Shown one piece after another: positions 5,474 through 13,420 of a DNA stretch of 24,000 bases. The translations under genes and the position numbers were made by a program. Below the pieces are notes generated by a model. It saw nothing but the letters and a program-made list of their open reading frames with translations, searched no databases and was not told where the DNA came from. The stretch is taken from positions 85,783 through 109,782 of the forward strand of contig NZ_LQQP01000011.1 in assembly GCF_001619615.1 (NCBI RefSeq), written 5' to 3'. The stretch is from Microbacterium sp. T32. Its GTDB lineage: Bacteria > Actinomycetota > Actinomycetes > Actinomycetales > Microbacteriaceae. The stretch's first letter is position 1. Each line of letters opens with the position of its first letter.

Positions 5474-8400
5474 CCGTTCAGGTCGAGGGGTTCGGTGGTG
5501 GTGCCGGGAGCGGCGGCGTCGTCCGGGGCGGCGCCGAGGAGTTCCGCGATCCGGGATGCCACGCCCGCGGGGTCGCTGTACAGGTCGAACGCGTGCACGC
5601 GCACGTAGTGCCACCCGAGCCGCCGCAGGATCTGCGGCCGCAGCCGCAGCGTCTCGCGGAGCGTCTCGCCGATCGTCTCGGGATCGCTCTCGGCCACGAC
5701 CGCCTTGCCGCGGTACCGCGCGACCAGCGGAAGAAGACCCCGGTAGTCGAGGTCGACCTCGATGCCGAGCCGCCGCAATTCGCGCGCGAGCGCGCGGGTG
5801 AGCGGGTCGGCGAGGTCTTCGAGCCGCGACTCGCGGCCCCGACCGGCGAGATTGCCGAGGATCCCCATGAGGGTTGCAGCGCCGTGCTCGAGGCGGCCGT
5901 CGTCGAACGCCGAGGGGCGGATCGAGGAGACGATCACCATCGAGCGCCGTGCGCGCGTCATTCCGACCGTGAGGAGCCGCTCCCCGTCGGGCGTCGACAG
6001 GTCGCCGAAGTCGCTCAGGACGCGCCCGTGCCGGGTGAGACCGAAGCCGAGCGAGAACACCACGCGGTCGCGGCTCTCGGCCACGGACTCCTCGAGGGTC
6101 AGCACGGCGAAGGGCTCCGCGGCATCCCGCGAGATGAAGGCCGCGACGTCGGATCGCCCGGCGAGCGCCGCCTCGACCGCCGCCCGGACGCGCTCGGCGT
6201 GCTTGCGGCTCGCGGTCACGACCATCAGCGACTCGGACGCGCGGTTGACCGCGTGCTCGACCACGAGGGTCACGACGCGCGCGACCTCGGCATCCGGACT
6301 CTCCACGGCACCGCTGACGGGGTCGGGCGCGCCGACGCCGTTCTCGACGTAGTCGACGCTGAGGCTGCCGCGTCCCAAGTACGAGCCTGCCCACGGAAGG
6401 GAGACGATCTCGCCGCCGTAGAAGGCGTCGTTGACGAGCTGCGCGAGATCCTCGCCGCCCGCCCGGTAGCTGCGGGTCAAGGTCTCGACGGGGAGCAGCT
6501 CCGCGATCCGCTCGAACACGGACACGTGATCGAACGGGACGTCATCCGCCTCATCATCCGAAACCGGCACGAGCGACGCGCTGACGCGGAAGGGCGTCGG
6601 CTTCTGGATCACCGGATCGCCGAACAGCACGACCTGGCGCGCCCGCAGCAGGGCCGGCGTGGCCTCCGTGAGGCACAGGGCTCCGGCATCCGCGATGATC
6701 ACCGTGTCGAACGCGAGACCAGTCGGCACGTCGGGAACCTCGTACGGGGATGCCAGCCACACCGGCGCGAGCGTCCGGAGCAGCGTGGGCGCGGCCTCCG
6801 CGATCTCGTGGGCGCTGTGCAGTCCGTCCTTGAGGGAGTTCTTGAGCGCCTCCGCCTCGTCGGGGTGATCGACGATGCCGATACGCCACTGCTTCGCGAG
6901 TTCGGCGGCGAGCAGGGGCCCTGCCGCGGCGGCGTGGGCCTCGTCGACCAGGCGGAAGTCGCGTTCGAGGCGATCGACCACGCTCGTGTTCGCGCCGAGG
7001 AGAGCCCGGTCGCTCCGCAGCAGGTGCTCGAGGGCGGACTGCCACCAGGCGAACTCGAGTTCGTCGCCGACGCGGTCCTCGGGGACGTGCCGCACCGACA
7101 GTTCGACGAGGAGCTGTTCGAGGCCGAGCCGGGCGAGTTCGCCGCGCAGCTGCGCACGCTCGACGAGGTTGTCGAAGAAGGTCGACTCGGCGGCGAGACC
7201 GGCGAGGGTACGCACGAGGATCTGAACCGGCAGGGTCGCGAGACGGTCCGAACCCTGGCGACCCAGGATCTGGTCGAGTTCGCCGAGCATCGCGTCGACG
7301 CGCTGCCACCCGACGTGCACATCGGCGAGCCCGAGCGGGACCTCGGGGGTCACGCCCGCATCGACGACGCGCTGCCACTCGGTGCGCTGCTGCTGGATCC
7401 GGACGAGCGCTTCGTACATGTCGGGCACGTGGACGCCCGGGCGCACGTACTCCTTCGACAGGCGACGCAGGCGACGGCGGTTGGGACCGCTCATCGCCGA
7501 GGAATCGCGGCGCGGCGAGTGCGCGTCGATCAGTTCGCCGAGCGGACGCTCGAACACCGTGGGGCTGAACCGATCGAGCGACTCGCGGATGCCCTGCAGG
7601 AGCTTGAGGTACGCGCCGAGCTCCGACACGGTCTGGAACGGCCGCATGCGCGTCTGCGCGATGAGCTCGTAGCCGCGCTCGAGGAGGCGCGGGACGTCCT
7701 GCGCGTGCAGCTTGCCCGCGAGGTCGTGCGCGGCACGCGCGTCCTCGGTCCGCGTGAAGCTGACGCCGTACCAGGGCGAGTCGTCGGGGCCGAAGCGGAA
7801 CTCGCCCAGCCGCGCCGCCGTGGCCAGCGCCTTCGCGGCGGCGTCACGGCGTCCCGCCAGACGCTCGAGGGTGGCGAGGTCGAACCGGGCCGTCGTCGAC
7901 GGCGGAGGGGAGACGGATGCCAGTGCCGTCAGCGCGCGGAGGACGTCGAGGGTCGACACCCCCAGTGCGAGGTGCGGCTCGGTGACGGCCGACCGGTAGT
8001 CGCGCAGCACGGTTCGGAGGCGGACGAGCGCGTCGTCGATCTCGGAGACCTTGGGCTGCTCCGCCTTCTCGTTGCGGCCGATCGCGCGGATGAGATCGCG
8101 GCGCACGTGCGTGGGAGAGACCGCCAGCCCCGTGAGCCCCACACCGGCGAGACGATGACGGATGCCGTCGAGCGTCGACCGTCGCGCGCTGACGACGAGC
8201 ACGCGCTTGCCCGCGTGCACGGCCTGGCCGATCGCGTTGATGACCGTCTGCGTGCCGCCCGTGCCAGGCAGCGTGTGGACGGCGAGGGAGTGGCCGGCGG
8301 CGATCCGCGCGAGAACCCGTTCCTGCTCGGCATCCGCGTCCAGGAGGAGGGTGTCGGCCGCGGGCGTCCGCTCGTCGGGGCTCGTCAGCACCGGATCGGC

Positions 8401-9201
8401 GGGCCGGACCATGATGCGGGCGCGATCGTCCGGGTGGCCGGCGAGCGCGTTGAGCAGCGGGGCGTCGAGGTGCTCCGTCTCGCGCGCCATCCCCGATCCG
8501 ACGTCGGCGAACGACGAGATGATCAGGCGCGGGTGGACCACGAACGTCGGGACGTGGGTGGTGAGCCGGCGCAGGTGGTCGATGACCGGCTGCGGCTTGA
8601 ACACGCCCTGGTCGTACGCGAGGCCCGCGAGCGCGGTGCTGTCGATCTGGATGCCGAGGTGAGTGCGGAACGCGCGGGCGAGCTCGGGGTTCATGACGAA
8701 CGCGCCGTGGAGCTTGAGCTCGAAGTCGCCGTTGTGTCGGCGGATGGCGAGCGGGCGCAGCAGCACGGGGGCGGACCACTCCACTCCCCCGATCTTCCAT
8801 GCGGCCAGGCCCACGGCCAGGTGCACCGGCTCGAGTCCGCGGGCGGTGCGCAGTTCGACGTTCTTCGCCGTGATGCGTTCGGCGGCGATGCGCGCGGTGC
8901 GCAGGGCCACCTCGTCACGGAAGAGGTTGGACAGCAGCGTCGCTCGGCCGGTGATGAACTGCGGCAACGAGCCGGGGTGGGCCTTCGTGATGTCGATGCC
9001 GGCGTCGCGGGCGTCGTCGAAGCGCAGCAGCGTCGAGCGTCCCCCGAGGGCCGCGGCCTCCGTGCGGATGCGCTGGCGTTCGGGGTCGGCGACGTGACGA
9101 ACCACGATGCCGGGCTCCGACAGTCGCAGCTCGCCCGGATCGATCGACGCCGGAACGTCGCCCTCGGCGCCCGTCACGACGCCGTCCTCAGCTCGCCACA
9201 C
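5470..9201 (-). CDS. large DUF4011 / SF1 (Upf1-DNA2-like, AAA_11/AAA_12) helicase-like protein with a C-terminal DUF559/Vsr-like endonuclease domain; Walker A and B are degenerate
   Basis: The motifs align in register with SF1 helicases: DADAEQ, TLPGTGGTQTV (versus GPPGTGKSQT), FDTVIIADAGA (versus FDxVIIDEAxQ), LFGDPVIQKP, TRSYR and TVGMTRARR. The N-terminus has STLLRFDDARDAGIDITKAHPGSL (DUF4011-like). The C-terminus has VDLDY...AVVAESDPE...LGWHYVRVHAFDLYSDP (DUF559-like). I chose the start at GTG 9201, where GC3 rises and a TAGTCT -10 lies 7 nt upstream. The ORF-track start at 9558 would run through the divergent promoter into the neighbouring gene. Confidence 0.85.
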   Translation of the reverse strand: MWRAEDGVVTGAEGDVPASIDPGELRLSEPGIVVRHVADPERQRIRTEAAALGGRSTLLRFDDARDAGIDITKAHPGSLPQFITGRATLLSNLFRDEVALRTARIAAERITAKNVELRTARGLEPVHLAVGLAAWKIGGVEWSAPVLLRPLAIRRHNGDFELKLHGAFVMNPELARAFRTHLGIQIDSTALAGLAYDQGVFKPQPVIDHLRRLTTHVPTFVVHPRLIISSFADVGSGMARETEHLDAPLLNALAGHPDDRARIMVRPADPVLTSPDERTPAADTLLLDADAEQERVLARIAAGHSLAVHTLPGTGGTQTVINAIGQAVHAGKRVLVVSARRSTLDGIRHRLAGVGLTGLAVSPTHVRRDLIRAIGRNEKAEQPKVSEIDDALVRLRTVLRDYRSAVTEPHLALGVSTLDVLRALTALASVSPPPSTTARFDLATLERLAGRRDAAAKALATAARLGEFRFGPDDSPWYGVSFTRTEDARAAHDLAGKLHAQDVPRLLERGYELIAQTRMRPFQTVSELGAYLKLLQGIRESLDRFSPTVFERPLGELIDAHSPRRDSSAMSGPNRRRLRRLSKEYVRPGVHVPDMYEALVRIQQQRTEWQRVVDAGVTPEVPLGLADVHVGWQRVDAMLGELDQILGRQGSDRLATLPVQILVRTLAGLAAESTFFDNLVERAQLRGELARLGLEQLLVELSVRHVPEDRVGDELEFAWWQSALEHLLRSDRALLGANTSVVDRLERDFRLVDEAHAAAAGPLLAAELAKQWRIGIVDHPDEAEALKNSLKDGLHSAHEIAEAAPTLLRTLAPVWLASPYEVPDVPTGLAFDTVIIADAGALCLTEATPALLRARQVVLFGDPVIQKPTPFRVSASLVPVSDDEADDVPFDHVSVFERIAELLPVETLTRSYRAGGEDLAQLVNDAFYGGEIVSLPWAGSYLGRGSLSVDYVENGVGAPDPVSGAVESPDAEVARVVTLVVEHAVNRASESLMVVTASRKHAERVRAAVEAALAGRSDVAAFISRDAAEPFAVLTLEESVAESRDRVVFSLGFGLTRHGRVLSDFGDLSTPDGERLLTVGMTRARRSMVIVSSIRPSAFDDGRLEHGAATLMGILGNLAGRGRESRLEDLADPLTRALARELRRLGIEVDLDYRGLLPLVARYRGKAVVAESDPETIGETLRETLRLRPQILRRLGWHYVRVHAFDLYSDPAGVASRIAELLGAAPDDAAAPGTTTEPLDLNG

Positions 9202-9208
9202 ACCTGTC

Positions 9209-9214
9209 AGACTA
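9209..9214 (-). promoter_or_regulatory. candidate -10 hexamer TAGTCT for the helicase-like gene (leaderless GTG 9201)
   Basis: The minus strand reads TAGTCT-gacaggt-GTG. It lies in the lower-GC 175-bp divergent intergenic region 9202..9376. Confidence 0.3.
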
Positions 9215-9376
9215 AGCCGAGCACCCGTGGATGGTGCGCAGCGGGCCCGAGTTTCGCGGGATTGCACGAAACGCCGAACGATCGGCCCTTCCTCCCCCGT
9301 GGCCCGATTCGCGGATCCATCCACCGATCGGGTCCGCCACCCTGCGGCGTCGGAACGGCGTGATGAGGATGAGGGA

Positions 9377-9904
9377 ATGAGCACAGCCACCAGCACCGTG
9401 TACGACGGCCCGTTCGCCCCGATCCTCCTGACCTTCCTCGACGACGCCCTGGTCCATCTCGACGTCGCCCACGATGGCGTCGACGTCGCGCGGGCCGCGA
9501 TCGCCCACCGGCTGGGCGTGGTTCCCGACCCCGATCCAGGACCCGCTCGGGATGCCATCGCCCAGTTGGACGAGTACTTCGACGGTCGACGTCAGACGTT
9601 CGAGATCCCTCTCGACTGGCGCCTCGTCACGGGGTTCACACGGGACGCGCTCCAGGCCGTACGACGTGTCCCATACGGGGAGGTCGCCTCATATGGGGAG
9701 GTCGCGATCATGGCGGGCTCCCCCGGCGCCGCGCGGGCCGTGGGCACCGCATGCGCCAACACGCCGTTCTCCATCGTCGTGCCGGTGCATCGCGTCGTGC
9801 GCGCCGACGGATCGATCGGCGAATACGGCGGACACCCCGAGGTGAAGCACTTCCTGCTCGATCTGGAGAACGGCGTCGCGGATCGGTTGCGGACGCCGGC
9901 GTAG
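9377..9904 (+). CDS. MGMT/Ogt-family protein (two-domain O6-alkylguanine-DNA alkyltransferase homologue) with the active-site Cys replaced by Val; alkyltransferase-like (ATL)
   Basis: VPYGEVASYGEVAIMAGSPGAARAVGTACANTPFSIVVPVHRVVRADGSIGEYGGHPEVKHFLLDLE retains the AGT DNA-binding and pocket residues (SY, RAVG, AN, GEYGG, LLxxE). The PCHRV motif reads PVHRV, and codon 9785-9787 is GTG. A GAGGATGAGGGA RBS precedes ATG 9377. Confidence 0.85.
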   Translation: MSTATSTVYDGPFAPILLTFLDDALVHLDVAHDGVDVARAAIAHRLGVVPDPDPGPARDAIAQLDEYFDGRRQTFEIPLDWRLVTGFTRDALQAVRRVPYGEVASYGEVAIMAGSPGAARAVGTACANTPFSIVVPVHRVVRADGSIGEYGGHPEVKHFLLDLENGVADRLRTPA

Positions 9905-9959
9905 CGCGGCGTGGGGTCAGCGCAGCGGCTGGCCGCGGAACCGAGCGGAACGGCCTGGC

Positions 9960-9980
9960 CCGGCCCGGCGCGTGGGCCGG
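9960..9980. terminator. GC hairpin between the convergent ATL-like gene and actP
   Basis: A 7-bp stem ccggccc/gggccgg with a 7-nt loop ggcgcgt. The call is weak and rests on structure only. Confidence 0.3.
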
Positions 9981-9997
9981 ACCGGGCGAGGACGCGA

Positions 9998-11614
9998 TCA
10001 GTGGTTCGAGGCCTTCTCCGCGCCGAAACCGGTGAGGGAACGCACGTCCATCTCGGCGGCCTTGCGCGGATCCTCGGTCTGCTTCGACGTGATCGAGCCG
10101 AGCCAGCCCAGGAGGAAGCCGAGCGGGATCGACACGATGCCCGGATTGTTCAGCGGCCAGATCGCCACACCCGTGTTCGCGAACACGCTGGTCGGTCCGC
10201 CCCAGAACACCGGCGAGAGGAGGATCAGCACGAGCGCCGACCCCAGCCCTCCGTACATGCTCCACACGGCACCGCGCGTGGTGAAGCGGCGCCAGAAGAG
10301 CGAGTACAGGATCGTCGGGAGATTCGCCGACGCGGCCACGGCGAAGGCGAGCGCGACGAGGAACGCCACGTTCTGCCCCTGCACGCCGATCCCGCCGATG
10401 ATCGCGAGGATGCCGATGACGATGACCGTGCGCCGCGCCACCTTGACCTCACCGTCGGGCGGGACGTTGCCCTTCTTCACGACGTTGGCGTAGATGTCGT
10501 GCGCGAAGGACGCCGCCGCCGTGATCGTCAGGCCCGCCACGACCGCGAGGATCGTCGCGAACGCCACCGCCGAGATGAACCCGAGCAGGATCGGTCCGCC
10601 GAGCGCGAGGGCCAGCAGCGGCGCCGCCGCGTTCACTCCGCCGGGCGCGGCCAGGATGGCCTCGGGCCCGACGAGGGCACCGGCTCCGTAGCCGAGTACG
10701 AGCGTGAGGAGGTAGAACAGACCGATCAGCCAGATCGCCCACACCACCGAGCGACGAGCCTCCTTTGCCGTGGGCACGGTGTAGAAGCGCATCAGGACGT
10801 GCGGGAGGCCCGCTGTGCCGAGGACCAGCGCCAGCGCGAGCGAGAGGAAGTCCCACGGGTTCGCGCCGTATTGCAGGCCGGGCCCGAGGATCGCCTCGCC
10901 CTTCGGCGATGCGGCGACCGCGCTCTCGAGCAGCGTGTTGAGGTTGAACCCGTTGATGGCCAGCACCCAGATCGTCATGACCACGGCCCCACCGATGAGG
11001 AGGAACGCCTTGACGATCTGCACCCACGTGGTGCCCTTCATGCCGCCGATCAGGACGTACACGATCATCAGGATGCCGACGACCGCCACGACGATCGACT
11101 GGCCCACACGTTCGGTGATCCCGAGCAGCAGCGACACCAGGCCACCCGCCCCCGCCATCTGCGCGAGCAGGTAGAAGAAGCACACCGCGAGCGTCGTGAT
11201 GGCCGCAGCCATCCGGACCGGCCGCTCCTTCAGGCGGAACGACAGCACGTCGGCCATCGTGAACTTGCCGGTGTTGCGCATGAGTTCGGCCACGAGGAGC
11301 AGCGCCACCAACCACGCCACCAGGAACCCGACCGAGTAGAGGAACCCGTCGTACCCGTTGATCGCGATCGCCCCGCAGATCCCGAGGAAGGAGGCCGCCG
11401 ACAGATAGTCGCCGGCGATCGCGAATCCGTTCTGGGGGCCGGTGAAGGAACGCCCGGCCGCGTAGTAGTCGGCCGCCGTCTTGCTGTTCCGGCTCGCCCG
11501 GATCACGATGAACAACGTCACGGCGACGAACGCACCGAAGATCGAGATGTTCAGGACCGGGTTGTTCTCGACCGTCTGAACCGCCGCGTGGACGGTGGCG
11601 AAGACCTCGTTCAC
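9998..11614 (-). CDS. actP: cation/acetate symporter (sodium:solute symporter family)
   Basis: The 538-aa polytopic protein contains DYYAAGRSFTGPQNGFAIAGDYLSAASFLGICGAIAINGYDGFLYSVGF, typical of ActP. Its GTG start (11614) overlaps the stop of the upstream DUF485 gene (GTGA), the usual yjcH-actP arrangement. Confidence 0.92.
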   Translation of the reverse strand: MNEVFATVHAAVQTVENNPVLNISIFGAFVAVTLFIVIRASRNSKTAADYYAAGRSFTGPQNGFAIAGDYLSAASFLGICGAIAINGYDGFLYSVGFLVAWLVALLLVAELMRNTGKFTMADVLSFRLKERPVRMAAAITTLAVCFFYLLAQMAGAGGLVSLLLGITERVGQSIVVAVVGILMIVYVLIGGMKGTTWVQIVKAFLLIGGAVVMTIWVLAINGFNLNTLLESAVAASPKGEAILGPGLQYGANPWDFLSLALALVLGTAGLPHVLMRFYTVPTAKEARRSVVWAIWLIGLFYLLTLVLGYGAGALVGPEAILAAPGGVNAAAPLLALALGGPILLGFISAVAFATILAVVAGLTITAAASFAHDIYANVVKKGNVPPDGEVKVARRTVIVIGILAIIGGIGVQGQNVAFLVALAFAVAASANLPTILYSLFWRRFTTRGAVWSMYGGLGSALVLILLSPVFWGGPTSVFANTGVAIWPLNNPGIVSIPLGFLLGWLGSITSKQTEDPRKAAEMDVRSLTGFGAEKASNH

Positions 11615-11961
11615 GACTCACCCCGTTCGGCCCGCTCGAGTTCCACGCGCAGACTCTCCGCGCCGGGGTCGAGTCGCCGGTTGGCGTACGCGACATAGCC
11701 CATCGTGATCGCGAACGTCGTGACGAACTGCCCGAGACCGAAGACGAGGCCCACGGTGACGGCGCCGAACACCGGCTGCGCCATGAAGTCGGGAGCGAAG
11801 GACGAGAGCAGAACGTAGACGAAGTACCAGACGAGGAACGCCACGGCCATCGGGAAGATGAAGCTGCGCTGCCGCCGCTTCAGCTCCCGGAACGGGGCGG
11901 ACTCCTCGACCGCGATGTAGTCGACGCCGCGCGGGGCGCCGTCGATCCTGTTGTCCGTCAT
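11611..11961 (-). CDS. DUF485 (YjcH-like) small inner-membrane protein, ActP partner
   Basis: The 116-aa product is MTDNRIDGAP...FRELKRRQRSFIFPMAVAFLVWYFVYVLLSSFAPDFM... with two TM helices. A perfect AAGGAGG RBS lies 5 nt upstream of ATG 11961. The rest of ORF 11611..12909 is antisense to the LuxR gene. Confidence 0.88.
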   Translation of the reverse strand: MTDNRIDGAPRGVDYIAVEESAPFRELKRRQRSFIFPMAVAFLVWYFVYVLLSSFAPDFMAQPVFGAVTVGLVFGLGQFVTTFAITMGYVAYANRRLDPGAESLRVELERAERGES

Positions 11962-12099
11962 GTGGCCTCCTTGCCTCATGAGACCGGCGCATCGGCGCGC
12001 CGGAGGGGGGAAAACACCGGGTCGGAGGGCCTTCCCGGTGGTAGGGTCGACGCTACGAAAGGCGGCGACGCAGCCGTCACCCCCGGAAGTAGGTAGTTC

Positions 12100-12951
12100 G
12101 TGGGAACACCGATCGCACTCCGAGACGACGTGACGCTGGTGTCGCACGCCGTGACCGAACTCGCGCGGCGCACGCACTTTCCCGTCGCTTTCGGTGGCCT
12201 GGAGCACGACGGCGCCGTCCACGTCTCCACCGTCGTCGGAGCCCGCACGCGCAGCATCGAGGGGCTGGTCGTCCACGCCGAGCGGGGTCTCGGCGGTCGG
12301 GCGCTCGTCGAGCGGCGCCCCCGACTCGCCCTGGACTATCGCACCGCACGCACCATCACCCACGACTACGACCGCGCCATCCTCGGGGAGGGCATCGCGA
12401 CCCTGTTCGCAGTGCCCGTGCTCGTCCGGGGCAGCGCCCGCGGCGTTCTGTACTGCGGCTCCTGGGCGCAGGCACCCCTCGGTGAGCGCGAGGCGCGCCC
12501 CGCCTTCGACATCGCGGGCGAACTGGGCACCGAACTGCGGGTGCGCGACGAGGTGGACCGCCGTCTCGCCTCCCTGAACCCCGGTGACGACGGCCTCAGC
12601 GCGGGCGCGCGCGAGGAGATCCGACAGAGCTACGCCCAGCTCCGCAGCATCGCCGCCACCGTCCCCGACGAAGGGGTGCGTCGCCGCCTCGAAGAGTTGG
12701 AGTCCCGCCTCGCCGCGCTCTCCGGCGACAGAGCGATCGAGCCCGAGATCACTGGCATCCACCTCTCCCGTCGCGAGTTGGACGTCCTCTCCTGCGCGGC
12801 CGTCGGGGCCACGAACGGCGAGATCGCGGCATCCCTTCACCTGCGCGAGACGACCGTGAAGTCGTACCTCGCATCGGCGATGTCGAAGCTGGATGCCTCC
12901 ACCCGACATGCCGCCGTCGCGCGGGCGCGCCGCGCCGGACTGCTTCCCTGA
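12100..12951 (+). CDS. LuxR-family transcriptional regulator with an N-terminal GAF-like sensory domain (RamA-like, regulator of acetate metabolism type)
   Basis: The C-terminal HTH is LSRRELDVLSCAAVGATNGEIAASLHLRETTVKSYLASAMSKLDASTRHAAVARARRAGLLP. The N-terminal block LGGRALVERRPRLALDYRTARTITHDYDRAILGEGIATLFAVPVLVRGSARGVLYCG resembles my recollection of Corynebacterium RamA. Its size (283 aa) and position divergent from actP fit. The start is GTG. Confidence 0.8.
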   Translation: MGTPIALRDDVTLVSHAVTELARRTHFPVAFGGLEHDGAVHVSTVVGARTRSIEGLVVHAERGLGGRALVERRPRLALDYRTARTITHDYDRAILGEGIATLFAVPVLVRGSARGVLYCGSWAQAPLGEREARPAFDIAGELGTELRVRDEVDRRLASLNPGDDGLSAGAREEIRQSYAQLRSIAATVPDEGVRRRLEELESRLAALSGDRAIEPEITGIHLSRRELDVLSCAAVGATNGEIAASLHLRETTVKSYLASAMSKLDASTRHAAVARARRAGLLP

Positions 12952-13077
12952 GAGCCGCGCGGAGCGCCCTGAGTGCTCCGTGAGAATCCCCTGGCAATGG
13001 CGCCGTGAGGTTGAGACCGCGCCCGATTCTCGGAATCGTGGCTGGCCCCTGACGTCGACACAGAAGGAGAGTCACCC

Positions 13078-13362
13078 ATGCTGACGCTCACCGAAGAGGC
13101 CACCACCGCCGTCAAGACCATCGCCGCCCAGCTGCCGGATGCCGCCCAGGGCGGTGTGCGCATCGAGGGCGCCGGCTCGCCCGAGTCGCAGTTCCGGCTG
13201 TCCGTCGTCGACGGTCCGGAGCCCCAGGACGCCGTCGTCGAGAACTCGGGCGCCCGTGTCTTCCTGGACGCCGACGCCGCTCAGGTGCTCGACGACCGCG
13301 TGCTCGACGCGCAGATGGACGGGCAGGGTTCCGTGCAGTTCGCGGTGACCACCCAGGCGTGA
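13078..13362 (+). CDS. HesB/IscA-like fold protein lacking all cysteines
   Basis: The 94-aa product is MLTLTEEATTAVKTIAAQ...GVRIEGAG...FRLSVVDGPEPQDAVVENSGARVFLDADAAQVLDDRVLDAQ, the pattern of the HesB/IscA family. An AGAAGGAGAG RBS precedes the ATG. There is no Cys residue in the translation. Confidence 0.75.
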   Translation: MLTLTEEATTAVKTIAAQLPDAAQGGVRIEGAGSPESQFRLSVVDGPEPQDAVVENSGARVFLDADAAQVLDDRVLDAQMDGQGSVQFAVTTQA

Positions 13363-13370
13363 GTCCTGTT

Positions 13371-13405
13371 CGATGATGCCCCGGCCGCGCGCCGGGGCAT
13401 CATCG
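13371..13405. terminator. strong bidirectional intrinsic terminator hairpin
   Basis: A perfect 15-bp stem cgatgatgccccggc / gccggggcatcatcg with a 5-nt loop cgcgc. It sits between convergent genes ending at 13362 (+) and 13421 (-). Confidence 0.75.
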
Positions 13406-13420
13406 TGTCGGGCGCCGTGG

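Noticed and set aside
5204-5608. Plus-strand ORFs (5204..5608, 5283..5801) in the mscL/helicase junction
   Set aside because: They are antisense to the helicase 3' end and the coupled small ORF. They are Arg/Gly-rich and have no RBS.
9215-9236. Possible PafBC/RecA-independent damage promoter motif (TGTCGGTG-N8-TANNNT) upstream of the helicase -10
   Set aside because: Only the GGTG core matches (CACGGGTG, 4 of 8 positions) and the spacing is 7 rather than 8. That is insufficient.
5293-9363. 1356-aa plus-strand ORF covering the whole helicase locus
   Set aside because: It is exactly antisense to a gene with clear SF1 helicase motifs. Its translation is R/G/D/E/V-rich with no recognisable motif. 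Long stop-free antisense frames are expected at about 70% GC.
9202-9558. Upstream extension of the helicase ORF to ATG 9558
   Set aside because: It would read through a lower-GC intergenic region and 180 nt of the divergent ATL-like gene. Its codon third-position GC is poor until about 9201.
10173-10186. Perfect 14-bp palindrome GTGTTCGCGAACAC
   Set aside because: It lies inside the actP coding sequence. The half-sites are in the wrong order and spacing (GTTC-N2-GAAC) for a LexA box, so it is most likely chance or a codon-driven pattern.
11962-12909. Upstream extension of the DUF485 ORF (432-aa ORF 11611..12909)
   Set aside because: It is antisense to the LuxR regulator gene. A perfect AAGGAGG RBS defines the real start at 11961.
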